A stretch of 64,000 bases of DNA, taken from assembly GCA_038523235.1 (NCBI GenBank), contig JBCBJQ010000014.1, forward strand, positions 23,582 through 87,581. Reading direction: 5' to 3'. Below the pieces are notes generated by a model. The model ran no database searches. It had not been told where the DNA came from and saw nothing but the letters and a program-made list of their open reading frames with translations. This DNA is from Cyanobacteria bacterium J06626_4. GTDB taxonomy: Bacteria > Cyanobacteriota > Cyanobacteriia > Phormidesmidales > Phormidesmidaceae. Below are positions 54,567 through 62,407 of this stretch, piece by piece. Numbering within the stretch: the first letter of the stretch is position 1; each line of letters starts with the position of its first letter. The translations under genes and the position numbers were made by a program.

Positions 54567-55442
54567 CTACGGAGGCCACACGCGCGGCACGGTCTGCAGG
54601 GGCCGTGCATAGTGGGGTCGTAAAATTTTCCATACCTGAATAAACCAGCGGCGCATCTCGCCCGTCGAATGGCCGCGATAGCGACAAAGCAGCCCCAACT
54701 GCAGCCGAGTTACGCCGATTTCACCCGGCAGCGGCGATTTCGGTTGCCAAGCCGCTCGCACCGCCTCAACGACTTCTGGCTGGGGCAACGCGCCGACCCA
54801 TACCAACGTCGCCACAATGGGGCACTGATTTAGCCCATGGGGACTCTGCCACAGCGCTTCGCTGCCCGTCAATCGCTGCGGATCGACCCAGATCAGCCGA
54901 TCGCCGTGCCAAACTTCAAACCGCGATCGCACCTCGCCCCGACAAAATCGCTCACCACGCGCCGTGCGCCCCAGCCGTAGCATGTCCCACCCCAGCCAGT
55001 GGGCCTCATCAGCCAGCTCCACCCGCCAGTTTTGCTGCAGCTGCGCCCCTTCAAACACGATGGCCTCTTGAGGCAGCCATTCTAAACAGGCTCCAGTCTC
55101 GACCCGTAGCCTGCCGGTAATCTGGGCCGGTTGAGGATGGTTAGAGTAGATTTTTGCGGCGGCGGCAGTCGTGACCATCGCGTGGGTGTCCGCCAGGGCA
55201 TGCAGATCGTAGTTGAGGCGATCACCCCCGACCATGCCTCCGGCAGTATGCAGCAGCACCGACTGACAAATATCCGGTCCTTCGGGATAAAAGGGTTGTT
55301 GAACTTTGAGCGGTGCTTGGGTTTGCACCTCAGGCACGGTGCGATCGCCCTGTCGCCGAAAAGTCAGTTTGGCCTGACCCTGCCACGGTTGTCCAGCGGT
55401 CGCAACGGGCTCGCGGGCCGGGTCAACAATACTTGCATCCAA
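54567..55442 (-). CDS. ureD: Urease accessory protein UreD
   Basis: APLKVQ.PFYPEG, LHTAGGMVGGD, LEWLPQE, LGR.ARGE.F. TTG start is uncertain. Confidence 0.93.
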   Translation of the reverse strand: MDASIVDPAREPVATAGQPWQGQAKLTFRRQGDRTVPEVQTQAPLKVQQPFYPEGPDICQSVLLHTAGGMVGGDRLNYDLHALADTHAMVTTAAAAKIYSNHPQPAQITGRLRVETGACLEWLPQEAIVFEGAQLQQNWRVELADEAHWLGWDMLRLGRTARGERFCRGEVRSRFEVWHGDRLIWVDPQRLTGSEALWQSPHGLNQCPIVATLVWVGALPQPEVVEAVRAAWQPKSPLPGEIGVTRLQLGLLCRYRGHSTGEMRRWFIQVWKILRPHYARPLQTVPRVWPP

Positions 55443-55499
55443 CGGTTCATTCCAATTCTGATCTGCCTGTCAGAATACCTGACTGACTGAAACGTGTGT

Positions 55500-55834
55500 G
55501 CTTACGTTCATGGCGTTATCGTCATCACCGACGCTGATCGTAGGGGCATGGCACTGCTCTGTCCCTACCCCGTGACGCCCCGCACCCAAAAACGGCAATT
55601 TGGTCAACCTGTTGCTGGTTCGTTGGGCACCGTCGTCGGTTCATACAAATCGGCGGTGACCAAGCATATTAACCTGCAGCGTCAGGCCCCAAAATGCCCG
55701 TATGGCAAAGCAACTATTCCGAACGCATCATCCGCAACCCAAGGGCAATGACCGACATCCGCCAGTACATCCACCACAACCCAGCATCTTGGCCAGCCGA
55801 TCAACTACACCCAGACTGGCCATTAAAATGGTGA
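55500..55834 (+). pseudogene. 5'-truncated, frameshifted REP-associated tyrosine transposase (RAYT, IS200-like Y1) relic
   Basis: (Y)VHGVIVI, SLG..VGSYKSAVTK.IN, then in the -1 frame from about 55700 VWQSNYSERIIRN...IRQYI..NP..W..DQL. Confidence 0.8.
55540..55568. repeat. GTAG...CTAC REP-like palindrome inside the RAYT relic
   Basis: GTAGGGGCATGGCACTGCTCTGTCCCTAC. Confidence 0.65.
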
Positions 55835-55886
55835 TTGGGGGACGTCAGGTTAGCTCTTAAAAGCTTTTCACATACTGGCTCAATGA

Positions 55887-57788
55887 TTAACCGTTCACCT
55901 GTTTTTGCCGCTGCAGCGCTTCAAAGGCCGCCTGAAAGTGTTCGGGTTGAATGTGAATTTGGGACGGATCATCAGCACCGGAAGCGCGGTATTCGCGGAT
56001 CGCTTCCAGGGCCGCTTGATTACTGAGCAGCGCCAGGTCAGCCCCATTCCAGCCTGCGGTTTGGGCCGCGATCGCCCCCAAATCAATCCCGGCTAACGGT
56101 CGATCGCTGTTATGCACTTGCAAGATCGACAGCCGACTAGCTTCCGTCGGCAGATCTACCTCGATTTGTAGATCGAGGCGTCCAGCCCGCAGCAAGGCGG
56201 GGTCGAGGGCGTTGCGGCGGTTGGTGGCCCCGACCAGCAGCACATCGGCACAGTCTTGTAGGCCATCAAGTTCGGTGAGCAGTTGACCGACAACGCGATC
56301 GCTCACCCCCGAATCGCCCTGAAACTGACCCCGCTCGGGCGCTAGCGTATCGATTTCGTCAATAAACACGACACAGGGCGATGCCTGCCGCGCTTTGGCA
56401 AACAGCTCACGCACGGCCTGCTCGGCCGCACCGACCCAGCGAGTCAGCAGTTCTGGCCCATTCACCGCGATAAAATTAGCGCGAGCCTGGGCGGCCACGG
56501 CTTTCGCCAATAGGGTTTTGCCGGTGCCGGGTGGTCCCCAGAGCAAAATACCGCGCGGCGCTTGGGCACCGGTTTGCTGATACAGCTCGGGATACAGCAG
56601 CACCCCTTCCACCGATTCTTGCAGGGTGCGTTTGGCGGTTTCCAAGCCGCCGATGTCTTCCCAGGCGATCTGCGGTGACTCCACTTCCACCGATCGCAGC
56701 ACCGACGGCTTGATTTCTTTCAACGCCGCCGCAAAATCCGTTTGGGAGACGTGCAGATCGGCGGGCACCGGATCGCTAAGGCTCGGTACCTGTCGCCGCA
56801 GGGCAAAATAGGCAGCCTTTTGACACAGGGCCTTCAGGTCAGCGCCCACCATGCCGACGGCGACATCGGCGATCGCCGCCAAATTCACCGTGTTATCTAG
56901 CGGCATCTGGCGCGTCTGGATCTGCAAGATTTCCAGGCGGCCCGGGCGGTCCGGCACGCGGAACTGCACCTCGCGATCAAGCCGTCCCGGACGGCGCAGG
57001 GCCGGGTCAATGTGATTGGGCTGATTCGTGGCGGCGAGCACCACCACGCCTGGTGTTTTGGCAAAGCCATCCATCAGGCTCAGCAGTTGGGCTACCAGTC
57101 GTTTTTCGACCTCGCCCTCCACCTTGCTGCGATCGGGGGCGAGACTGTCGATTTCATCAATAAAGATCAGACATGGGGCTGACTTTGCGGCTTTTTCAAA
57201 CACTTTCCGAAGCCGCCCTTCGGCCTCCCCGTAGTATTTGCCCATGATTTCGGGGCCGACGATCGCGATGTAGCTGACGCCCAATTCTTCCGCCAGCGAT
57301 CGCGCTGTCAAGGTTTTGCCCGTTCCGGGTGGGCCGACCAGCATCACGCCTCGGGGCGGCTCTAAACCTAGTTGGGCCAATACTTCCGGTCGCTTCAGGG
57401 GAATTTCCACCAATTCCCGTAATTCTTGAATGACGGCGGTCAAGCCACCCACATCTTTGAGCGAAGGATTAGCAGCTGCGGAGGGAGTAGACGATTTTTT
57501 GGTAGCGCCGGTAGCAGTCGGCGTGGTCGCAGTTGCAACATCATCTGCAGTGGCATCTGCCGGTGGTGGCGTCACGATCACGTCGTCGTCACCCGCATCA
57601 TCTCCTCCTGCTGGTGTCCGGATGCGGGACACGCCAATGTCGTTGGGCATGTTGCCCTGGCGCGGAATACTGCTCAGGCCACGACTGTTGATGCGAATGT
57701 TGGTTTTTAGCTCACCGTTTTCGGCTTTTTCTTCCAGCGTTTTGGCCAGCTCTAGAAGTTGCTCAAAGCCGTTAAAGAAGTCATTCAT
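55887..57788 (-). CDS. Cdc48/p97-like double AAA+ ATPase
   Basis: Two GPPGTGKT Walker A and FIDEID Walker B motifs, KYYGE pore loop, DPAL.R.GR SRH twice. Start set at MNDFF. Confidence 0.9.
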   Translation of the reverse strand: MNDFFNGFEQLLELAKTLEEKAENGELKTNIRINSRGLSSIPRQGNMPNDIGVSRIRTPAGGDDAGDDDVIVTPPPADATADDVATATTPTATGATKKSSTPSAAANPSLKDVGGLTAVIQELRELVEIPLKRPEVLAQLGLEPPRGVMLVGPPGTGKTLTARSLAEELGVSYIAIVGPEIMGKYYGEAEGRLRKVFEKAAKSAPCLIFIDEIDSLAPDRSKVEGEVEKRLVAQLLSLMDGFAKTPGVVVLAATNQPNHIDPALRRPGRLDREVQFRVPDRPGRLEILQIQTRQMPLDNTVNLAAIADVAVGMVGADLKALCQKAAYFALRRQVPSLSDPVPADLHVSQTDFAAALKEIKPSVLRSVEVESPQIAWEDIGGLETAKRTLQESVEGVLLYPELYQQTGAQAPRGILLWGPPGTGKTLLAKAVAAQARANFIAVNGPELLTRWVGAAEQAVRELFAKARQASPCVVFIDEIDTLAPERGQFQGDSGVSDRVVGQLLTELDGLQDCADVLLVGATNRRNALDPALLRAGRLDLQIEVDLPTEASRLSILQVHNSDRPLAGIDLGAIAAQTAGWNGADLALLSNQAALEAIREYRASGADDPSQIHIQPEHFQAAFEALQRQKQVNG

Positions 57789-58106
57789 GGAAATACTCAG
57801 ATGCTCAACAGCGACACCGCTTTCTAATTTTGACGCCCGGCCAACCGCCACGAGACCAGCAAGCGTGTGCAGTCTACAATGCCCACTTCTAGCTGACTGT
57901 TGGCACGCTCACCCCAGGTTGTCATAAATGGTTGAACGGGGCGATCGCTCTCAGTCATACTGAGCCTCTGGGCAATATTGAATTGGTATAGCAAACCGCA
58001 CTCAGGTTCAGATACTGACAACGGCTATAACCCTTGCATAGCAGTGCTTTCAATTCTGCCTTTTGCCCTCATCCTTCATCCTTTTGCTATGGCAGTTAGG
58101 GCTGAC

Positions 58107-58586
58107 CTATTCAAAGTCAGCATACTGCGGCGGACTCGGTCCCACCCGCTCCGTGATTTTGGGATACTTGCCTTTGCCTGCTTTGGCTTGAATAGCTTTG
58201 ACTTCAATCATGTGCCACCAGTCATCGCCAAAGTCAAACCAGTAGCCAAAAATTTCTGCTTCGACCAAGTTCACATCGTTGAGGGTTGTTTTAGCCACTT
58301 CCCCAACTAGCTCAGCATCCATTGTGGCGTCGAGGCCATAGCGTCGAGCGTTGGGGTCATTAGGGCCACGGCCCCCGACCTGAAACTCATACAAATGCTC
58401 GTCTTCGCGATCGAACGCCTGAAAAAGAATTTGATGCAGGGCGACCAGCGTCTGATTGCCCTTGATTTCAATCGTCCGAATCACTTGAGGATGTGCTTCG
58501 GCAAAGGCTTCAGTTACCGGTCCCTCAATCAGCATGACCGATAAGACGTAGAGTGTCTCGGGGAGGCGCTCAATCGGCGTCACCAC
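58107..58586 (-). CDS. pRiA4b ORF-3 family domain (possibly the 3' half of a split fusion gene)
   Basis: RTIEI.G..TL..LH..LF.AFDR..EHLYEF and YWFDFGDDW.H.I.V. Confidence 0.8.
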   Translation of the reverse strand: MVTPIERLPETLYVLSVMLIEGPVTEAFAEAHPQVIRTIEIKGNQTLVALHQILFQAFDREDEHLYEFQVGGRGPNDPNARRYGLDATMDAELVGEVAKTTLNDVNLVEAEIFGYWFDFGDDWWHMIEVKAIQAKAGKGKYPKITERVGPSPPQYADFE

Positions 58587-59127
58587 AGGCGGTGGAACTG
58601 GCCGCCGTTACCCCGGTCTCACCGGGAATATGTGGAATGAGGCCAGCGGTGACCAACTGCTCCTGCACGTGCCGGGGCGCTGAGCGCGCATCTAAGATCA
58701 TGCCGTTGACTGAAATCAACCAGGCCATCGGGTTGTCGCCTAGCTTGCTGGGCAGACACCAATCCGGATCAAGCTGGCCGATATCGAGCAAATCGCGCAC
58801 TTTTTTCGATTTGCCCTGCCCCGTGCTGTTGGCAACCCCAAACCAGGCATACAGATCCGTCGCACTGATATGAGGGTCTTGCGAGGCGTCGAACAAAAAG
58901 TTAGCCATGCCGATCGCGTGGCTGATGCCGCAGGCCCAAGAGTGATCTTTGCCGCTTGTGAGGGGCGAGGGCCGCTTACGGCAGAGGGCGGCAGTGGCCT
59001 GACGGATGAGTGTCGCATATTCATCGTTGAGATGCTGTTGAGCAAACTCATCAGTAATTGCGGTAATGCGTTCAAACTTTTCGCGCATTGCCTTGGGCAC
59101 TGTGGTTGATTTTGTGGATTTTGCCAT
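58570..59127 (-). CDS. DUF6398-like protein (possibly the 5' half of a split fusion gene)
   Basis: LNDEY, LCRKRPSPL, WA.GI, NFLFD.S..P, DAR.AP..VQE, GLIP.IP. Confidence 0.72.
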   Translation of the reverse strand: MAKSTKSTTVPKAMREKFERITAITDEFAQQHLNDEYATLIRQATAALCRKRPSPLTSGKDHSWACGISHAIGMANFLFDASQDPHISATDLYAWFGVANSTGQGKSKKVRDLLDIGQLDPDWCLPSKLGDNPMAWLISVNGMILDARSAPRHVQEQLVTAGLIPHIPGETGVTAASSTACGDAD

Positions 59128-59281
59128 AGGGCTGACCCGAAGATGCCGTGAATCAGTTAAGGAGCAATCCCCCAAAACTTGGGAGAAATTCTAACGGAAT
59201 TTTGGCTTTAGAGGAGGCTGGACTTCACCGGCATTGCCAGCAGATCTGACGCTACGGGAACTACGAGCAAAGCTCTACGCC

Positions 59282-59722
59282 CTACTGCACGCCGGTACCA
59301 TAGGCGATGATTTCAACCGCCACCACGCCATTGGGATTTTGCCCTCCCATTTCTGCCGTTTCAAGGCGCACATTGACGACCTGGCGAGCGCCCCACTTAA
59401 GGGCGTCCTCTTTCATGCGCAGCATGGCTTCGCGGCGACCTCGCTCGACTAATGTTTCATACACCGTGATGCGACCGCCAAAAAAGTTCATCCAGCTAGC
59501 AACAAAGGTTTTGAAATAGTCTGAGGACACCACGACGCTACCAACAAAGAGTTTGGCGCGATCGGCATCGGGGATGGGCGTTTTGGCCCCAATGTTAATC
59601 ACCGTGAGCTGGCGCGTGCGATATTCGCGATCGTGCAGATCGGCCAAGTGCTTTTTCTCAATGTGGCTACCGGCAAAAAAGCCCACCAAAATCAGAATAA
59701 AAAAGATGCCTAAGGTTTCCAT
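59282..59722 (-). CDS. YbjQ/UPF0145-family protein with N-terminal TM
   Basis: GSVVVS.DYFK, GG....YE.L.ERGRREA.LRM, NVRLET, AYGT. Confidence 0.85.
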   Translation of the reverse strand: METLGIFFILILVGFFAGSHIEKKHLADLHDREYRTRQLTVINIGAKTPIPDADRAKLFVGSVVVSSDYFKTFVASWMNFFGGRITVYETLVERGRREAMLRMKEDALKWGARQVVNVRLETAEMGGQNPNGVVAVEIIAYGTGVQ

Positions 59723-59725
59723 AGA

Positions 59726-60040
59726 TTAATCAATCTGTACGGCGGTGCCGTAGACGAAAAGTTCGGCCGCCCCTTGGGTCAGCGAAGAGGTGGCAAAACG
59801 AATATTGACGATCGCGTTGGCTCCTTGTTTGCTGGCCTCTTGCATCATGCGCTGAGTCGCTTCCGCGCGGGCCTCTTGCAGCAGTTCGGTATACCCTTTA
59901 AGCTCACCCCCGACCAGGTTTTTTAACCCGGCCATAAAATCGCGACCAACGTTTTTAGCGCGCACGGTGCTGCCTTGCACGAGCCCTAAATGCTGCACAA
60001 TATTATGTCCTGGTACGCCTTCTAATGTGGTGAGTAGCAT
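59726..60040 (-). CDS. YbjQ/UPF0145-family protein
   Basis: GSTVRAKNVGRD..AGLKN.VGGELKGYTELL..AR.EA, GANA, YGTAV. Confidence 0.92.
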   Translation of the reverse strand: MLLTTLEGVPGHNIVQHLGLVQGSTVRAKNVGRDFMAGLKNLVGGELKGYTELLQEARAEATQRMMQEASKQGANAIVNIRFATSSLTQGAAELFVYGTAVQID

Positions 60041-60570
60041 CCGGTTAGAGCGAGACAGCGTAGGTCGATCATTCATAGGAGAGGGTCCTTTAATGAGGGG
60101 GAATAAATTTCATCTGGATTGAGAACGAGAGGTTCGACATTCGGTCAAACTTCACCGCTAGCGTTACCTCTTCCTGAATTGAAGGAGAGGGTTAAGACTG
60201 TTCCAGGGCCTCTCCTTAGACCTCCGGGCAGTTTTTGCCAAAAGTTAAGAAGAGGAGAGGTTGGTTCGGTCGCGGAAAACTAAGGTTCTCAAAGTCACGT
60301 GGTTTAGATCGTATAAAGGCGATCGCTGGTTGCATCCTAATCACTTAGTACAACACCGCTACGGTTCTGTAAGATTTTTTTGCTAAGCCCCGAAAAAATT
60401 TGTGAATACCGCTGTCATGGCATCTCTCTCTATTGGGTTGCGATTAGGATGCAAATTCGGCTATTCATCAGCTTGAGTAGAGGCGATGGCTGAGGTAACT
60501 GTCCCCACCCATCAGCATCCTTCCTCTAAGGTTATTCATTGCTTGTCCTCCCTGTCGCCGATTAGCCCCT

Positions 60571-61908
60571 ATGCCTACCTGCATTGCCCTTATCGCCCAC
60601 GATCGCAAAAAAGACAGCATGGTGGCGTTTGCCCACCGACATGATGTGTTGTTGAGCAAATATCATTTAATCGCCACCGGTGCGACTGGCCAGAGTGTGC
60701 TTCAAGCCACTGGTTTAGAAGTTGAGTGCTTGGCCTCTGGGCCTTTAGGCGGCGACACGCAAATCGCCGCCCGAGTGGTCACCGGTGACGTCGCTGCCGT
60801 CATCTTTTTAGTTGATCCGCTCCATGCCCAACCCCATGAACCAGACATTCGAGCGCTGTTGCGGGTTTGTGAAGTGTACGATGTGCCCCTCGCCACCAAC
60901 ATCGCCACGGCCGCAGCGATCATGGTGCAGCTGCGAAAATCGCGGGTGGGGCACTTGATTTTTAACCCCGTCGCCGGACAGGGCAACCCGGACCAAGATT
61001 TGGCTCTGATTCGCCGCGTGCTAGAACCGCAGGTGCAACTCAACGTGATTTTCACCAATGCCGAAGAGGATCCGGCAGACCAGGCAAAGGTCGCGATCGC
61101 CGACGGGGCCGACCTGATTCTTGCCTCTGGCGGCGATGGTACCATTTCAGCCGTGGCTGGCAGCGTTATCCACACCGGCATTCCCCTGGGGGTGATTCCG
61201 CGCGGCACCGCCAATGCCTTTGCCGTCGCCATGGGCATCCCCACTGATATTCAGGCCGCCTGCGAGACGATTTTGGCCAATACGCCCTGCGTAGTAGATG
61301 CGGCTCGCTGCAACGACACACCCTACATTTTACTGGCGGGCATCGGCTTCGAAGCCGAAATGGTCGATCGCGCTGACCGCGAACTCAAGAACCGGCTAGG
61401 CGTTTTGGCCTACTTGTTTGCCGGGGTTCAGCAGTTTCAAGAGCAAACTGCCTTTGATGCGGTGATCGACATTGAGGGCGAACTAACTGAAGTCCAAACC
61501 AGCACGATTACCGTGGCCAATGCGGCCCCGACGACCTCCGTGTTGGCCCAAGGGTTTGGACAGGTGATTGTGGATGATGGCTTGCTCGATGTCACCATCG
61601 CCACGCCTAAAAATCGTCTTCAAGGATTCAATGCCCTCACCAGTCTGTTTGCCTCAGCCCTCGTTAACACCCCCACCCAGCGCGAAGATATCATTCGCCT
61701 GCGCACCCATAAATTGAAAATTACGACGACCCCCACTCAAAAGGTGGTGATCGATGGCGAAATTGTTAGCCCTGAAGTGCTGGAGTTTGAGTGTTTGTGT
61801 CAATCACTGATCGTGCTGACCCCACTCGCCACCCGCCGCTTCTCGACAACGGCATCTCAGGGCGATGGACTAGACGAGGAAACGGTAGAGGAACTGCCCG
61901 CACCTTAG
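60571..61908 (+). CDS. mgsA: Methylglyoxal synthase fused to a DAGK/YegS-like lipid kinase domain
   Basis: IALIAHD.KK, SGPLGGD, PHEPD, ATN, then NPVAG, GGDGT, IPRGTANAFA. Confidence 0.9.
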   Translation: MPTCIALIAHDRKKDSMVAFAHRHDVLLSKYHLIATGATGQSVLQATGLEVECLASGPLGGDTQIAARVVTGDVAAVIFLVDPLHAQPHEPDIRALLRVCEVYDVPLATNIATAAAIMVQLRKSRVGHLIFNPVAGQGNPDQDLALIRRVLEPQVQLNVIFTNAEEDPADQAKVAIADGADLILASGGDGTISAVAGSVIHTGIPLGVIPRGTANAFAVAMGIPTDIQAACETILANTPCVVDAARCNDTPYILLAGIGFEAEMVDRADRELKNRLGVLAYLFAGVQQFQEQTAFDAVIDIEGELTEVQTSTITVANAAPTTSVLAQGFGQVIVDDGLLDVTIATPKNRLQGFNALTSLFASALVNTPTQREDIIRLRTHKLKITTTPTQKVVIDGEIVSPEVLEFECLCQSLIVLTPLATRRFSTTASQGDGLDEETVEELPAP

Positions 61909-61994
61909 ATGACTGGAAGATCATGGCCGATAATAGCGGCGATCGCGATGACCAATTGTGATTGGGCTGACTGCACTCAATCTCGGCATGCCGA

Positions 61995-62023
61995 TTGACG
62001 CGGCTGAATTCCGTTGGTACTTT
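61995..62023 (+). promoter_or_regulatory. Putative sigma70 promoter for the leader-leader-aroF transcript
   Basis: TTGACG (61995-62000), 17-nt spacer, TACTTT (62018-62023) with an extended -10 TG. Predicted TSS near 62030. Confidence 0.6.
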
Positions 62024-62055
62024 TAAGGAAAGAACGGGAACCTTTCGAGATAGTT

Positions 62056-62115
62056 ATGGTTTTCAGCGCGCAACGATTTTATTTTTGGCACTTTCAGGGG
62101 GTTCACCAGTGGTGA
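62056..62115 (+). CDS. Attenuator leader peptide 1, MVFSAQRFYFWHFQGVHQW (19 aa)
   Basis: Translated by hand: 4 Phe, 1 Tyr, 2 Trp, 2 His, core FYFWHF. Its 3' codons form the antiterminator arm. Confidence 0.75.
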   Translation: MVFSAQRFYFWHFQGVHQW

Positions 62116-62143
62116 GTTTAGCTTTTGCTGAAATCCTCTGGTG

Positions 62144-62170
62144 AACCGCAGACTAAGCTCTGCGGTTTTT
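62144..62170 (+). terminator. Attenuator terminator 1
   Basis: AACCGCAGA-CTAAGC-TCTGCGGTT ending in TTTTT. Its base overlaps the antiterminator GGTTCACCAG(62100-62109)/CTGGTGAACC(62138-62147). Confidence 0.75.
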
Positions 62171-62201
62171 GCGTTTTAAAGGCAGTTTTGAGTCATCCAC
62201 T

Positions 62202-62270
62202 ATGCAGTATTCCGCTCCGGCCAACTGGTTTTACCACTTTTTCTTTTTCACTGGAACACGCTCCGGGTGA
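62202..62270 (+). CDS. Attenuator leader peptide 2, MQYSAPANWFYHFFFFTGTRSG (22 aa)
   Basis: Translated by hand: 5 Phe, 2 Tyr, 1 Trp, 1 His, core WFYHFFFF. Confidence 0.82.
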   Translation: MQYSAPANWFYHFFFFTGTRSG

Positions 62271-62289
62271 CTAGGCTGCCATGCTTAGC

Positions 62290-62325
62290 AAAACCCCCGG
62301 AGCGCTCAGCGCCTCGGGGGTTTTT
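62290..62325 (+). terminator. Attenuator terminator 2
   Basis: CCCCCGGAGCGC-TCA-GCGCCTCGGGGG-TTTTT. The 5' arm CCCGGAGCG (62296-62304) is also perfectly complementary to CGCTCCGGG (62259-62267). Confidence 0.85.
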
Positions 62326-62407
62326 AATTACCCATTCAACGCCCTCTGGCTTTATTTCACTTGATTCGTCCCATCCCACCGTTCAACTTTTATCAGGAAT
62401 TCAACCC

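Noticed and set aside
51538..55442. sbcC without sbcD and ureD without ureABC as unusual
   Set aside because: Dispersal of such genes is common in cyanobacterial genomes.
60077..60262. Three AGGAGAGG copies and a 9-bp hairpin upstream of the ybjQ pair
   Set aside because: Irregular spacing (106 and 70 nt) and short purine-rich motif; not distinguishable from chance without comparative data.
62267..62407. 47-aa N-terminal extension of aroF in the ORF track as a regulatory domain
   Set aside because: It runs through terminator 2 and overlaps the leader 2 stop, and does not look like an ACT domain. ATG 62408 has an RBS.
62024..62407. T-box riboswitch as the explanation for the aroF leader
   Set aside because: No T-box consensus (AGGGTGGNACCGCG) or specifier stem seen. 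Leader peptides explain the structure better.
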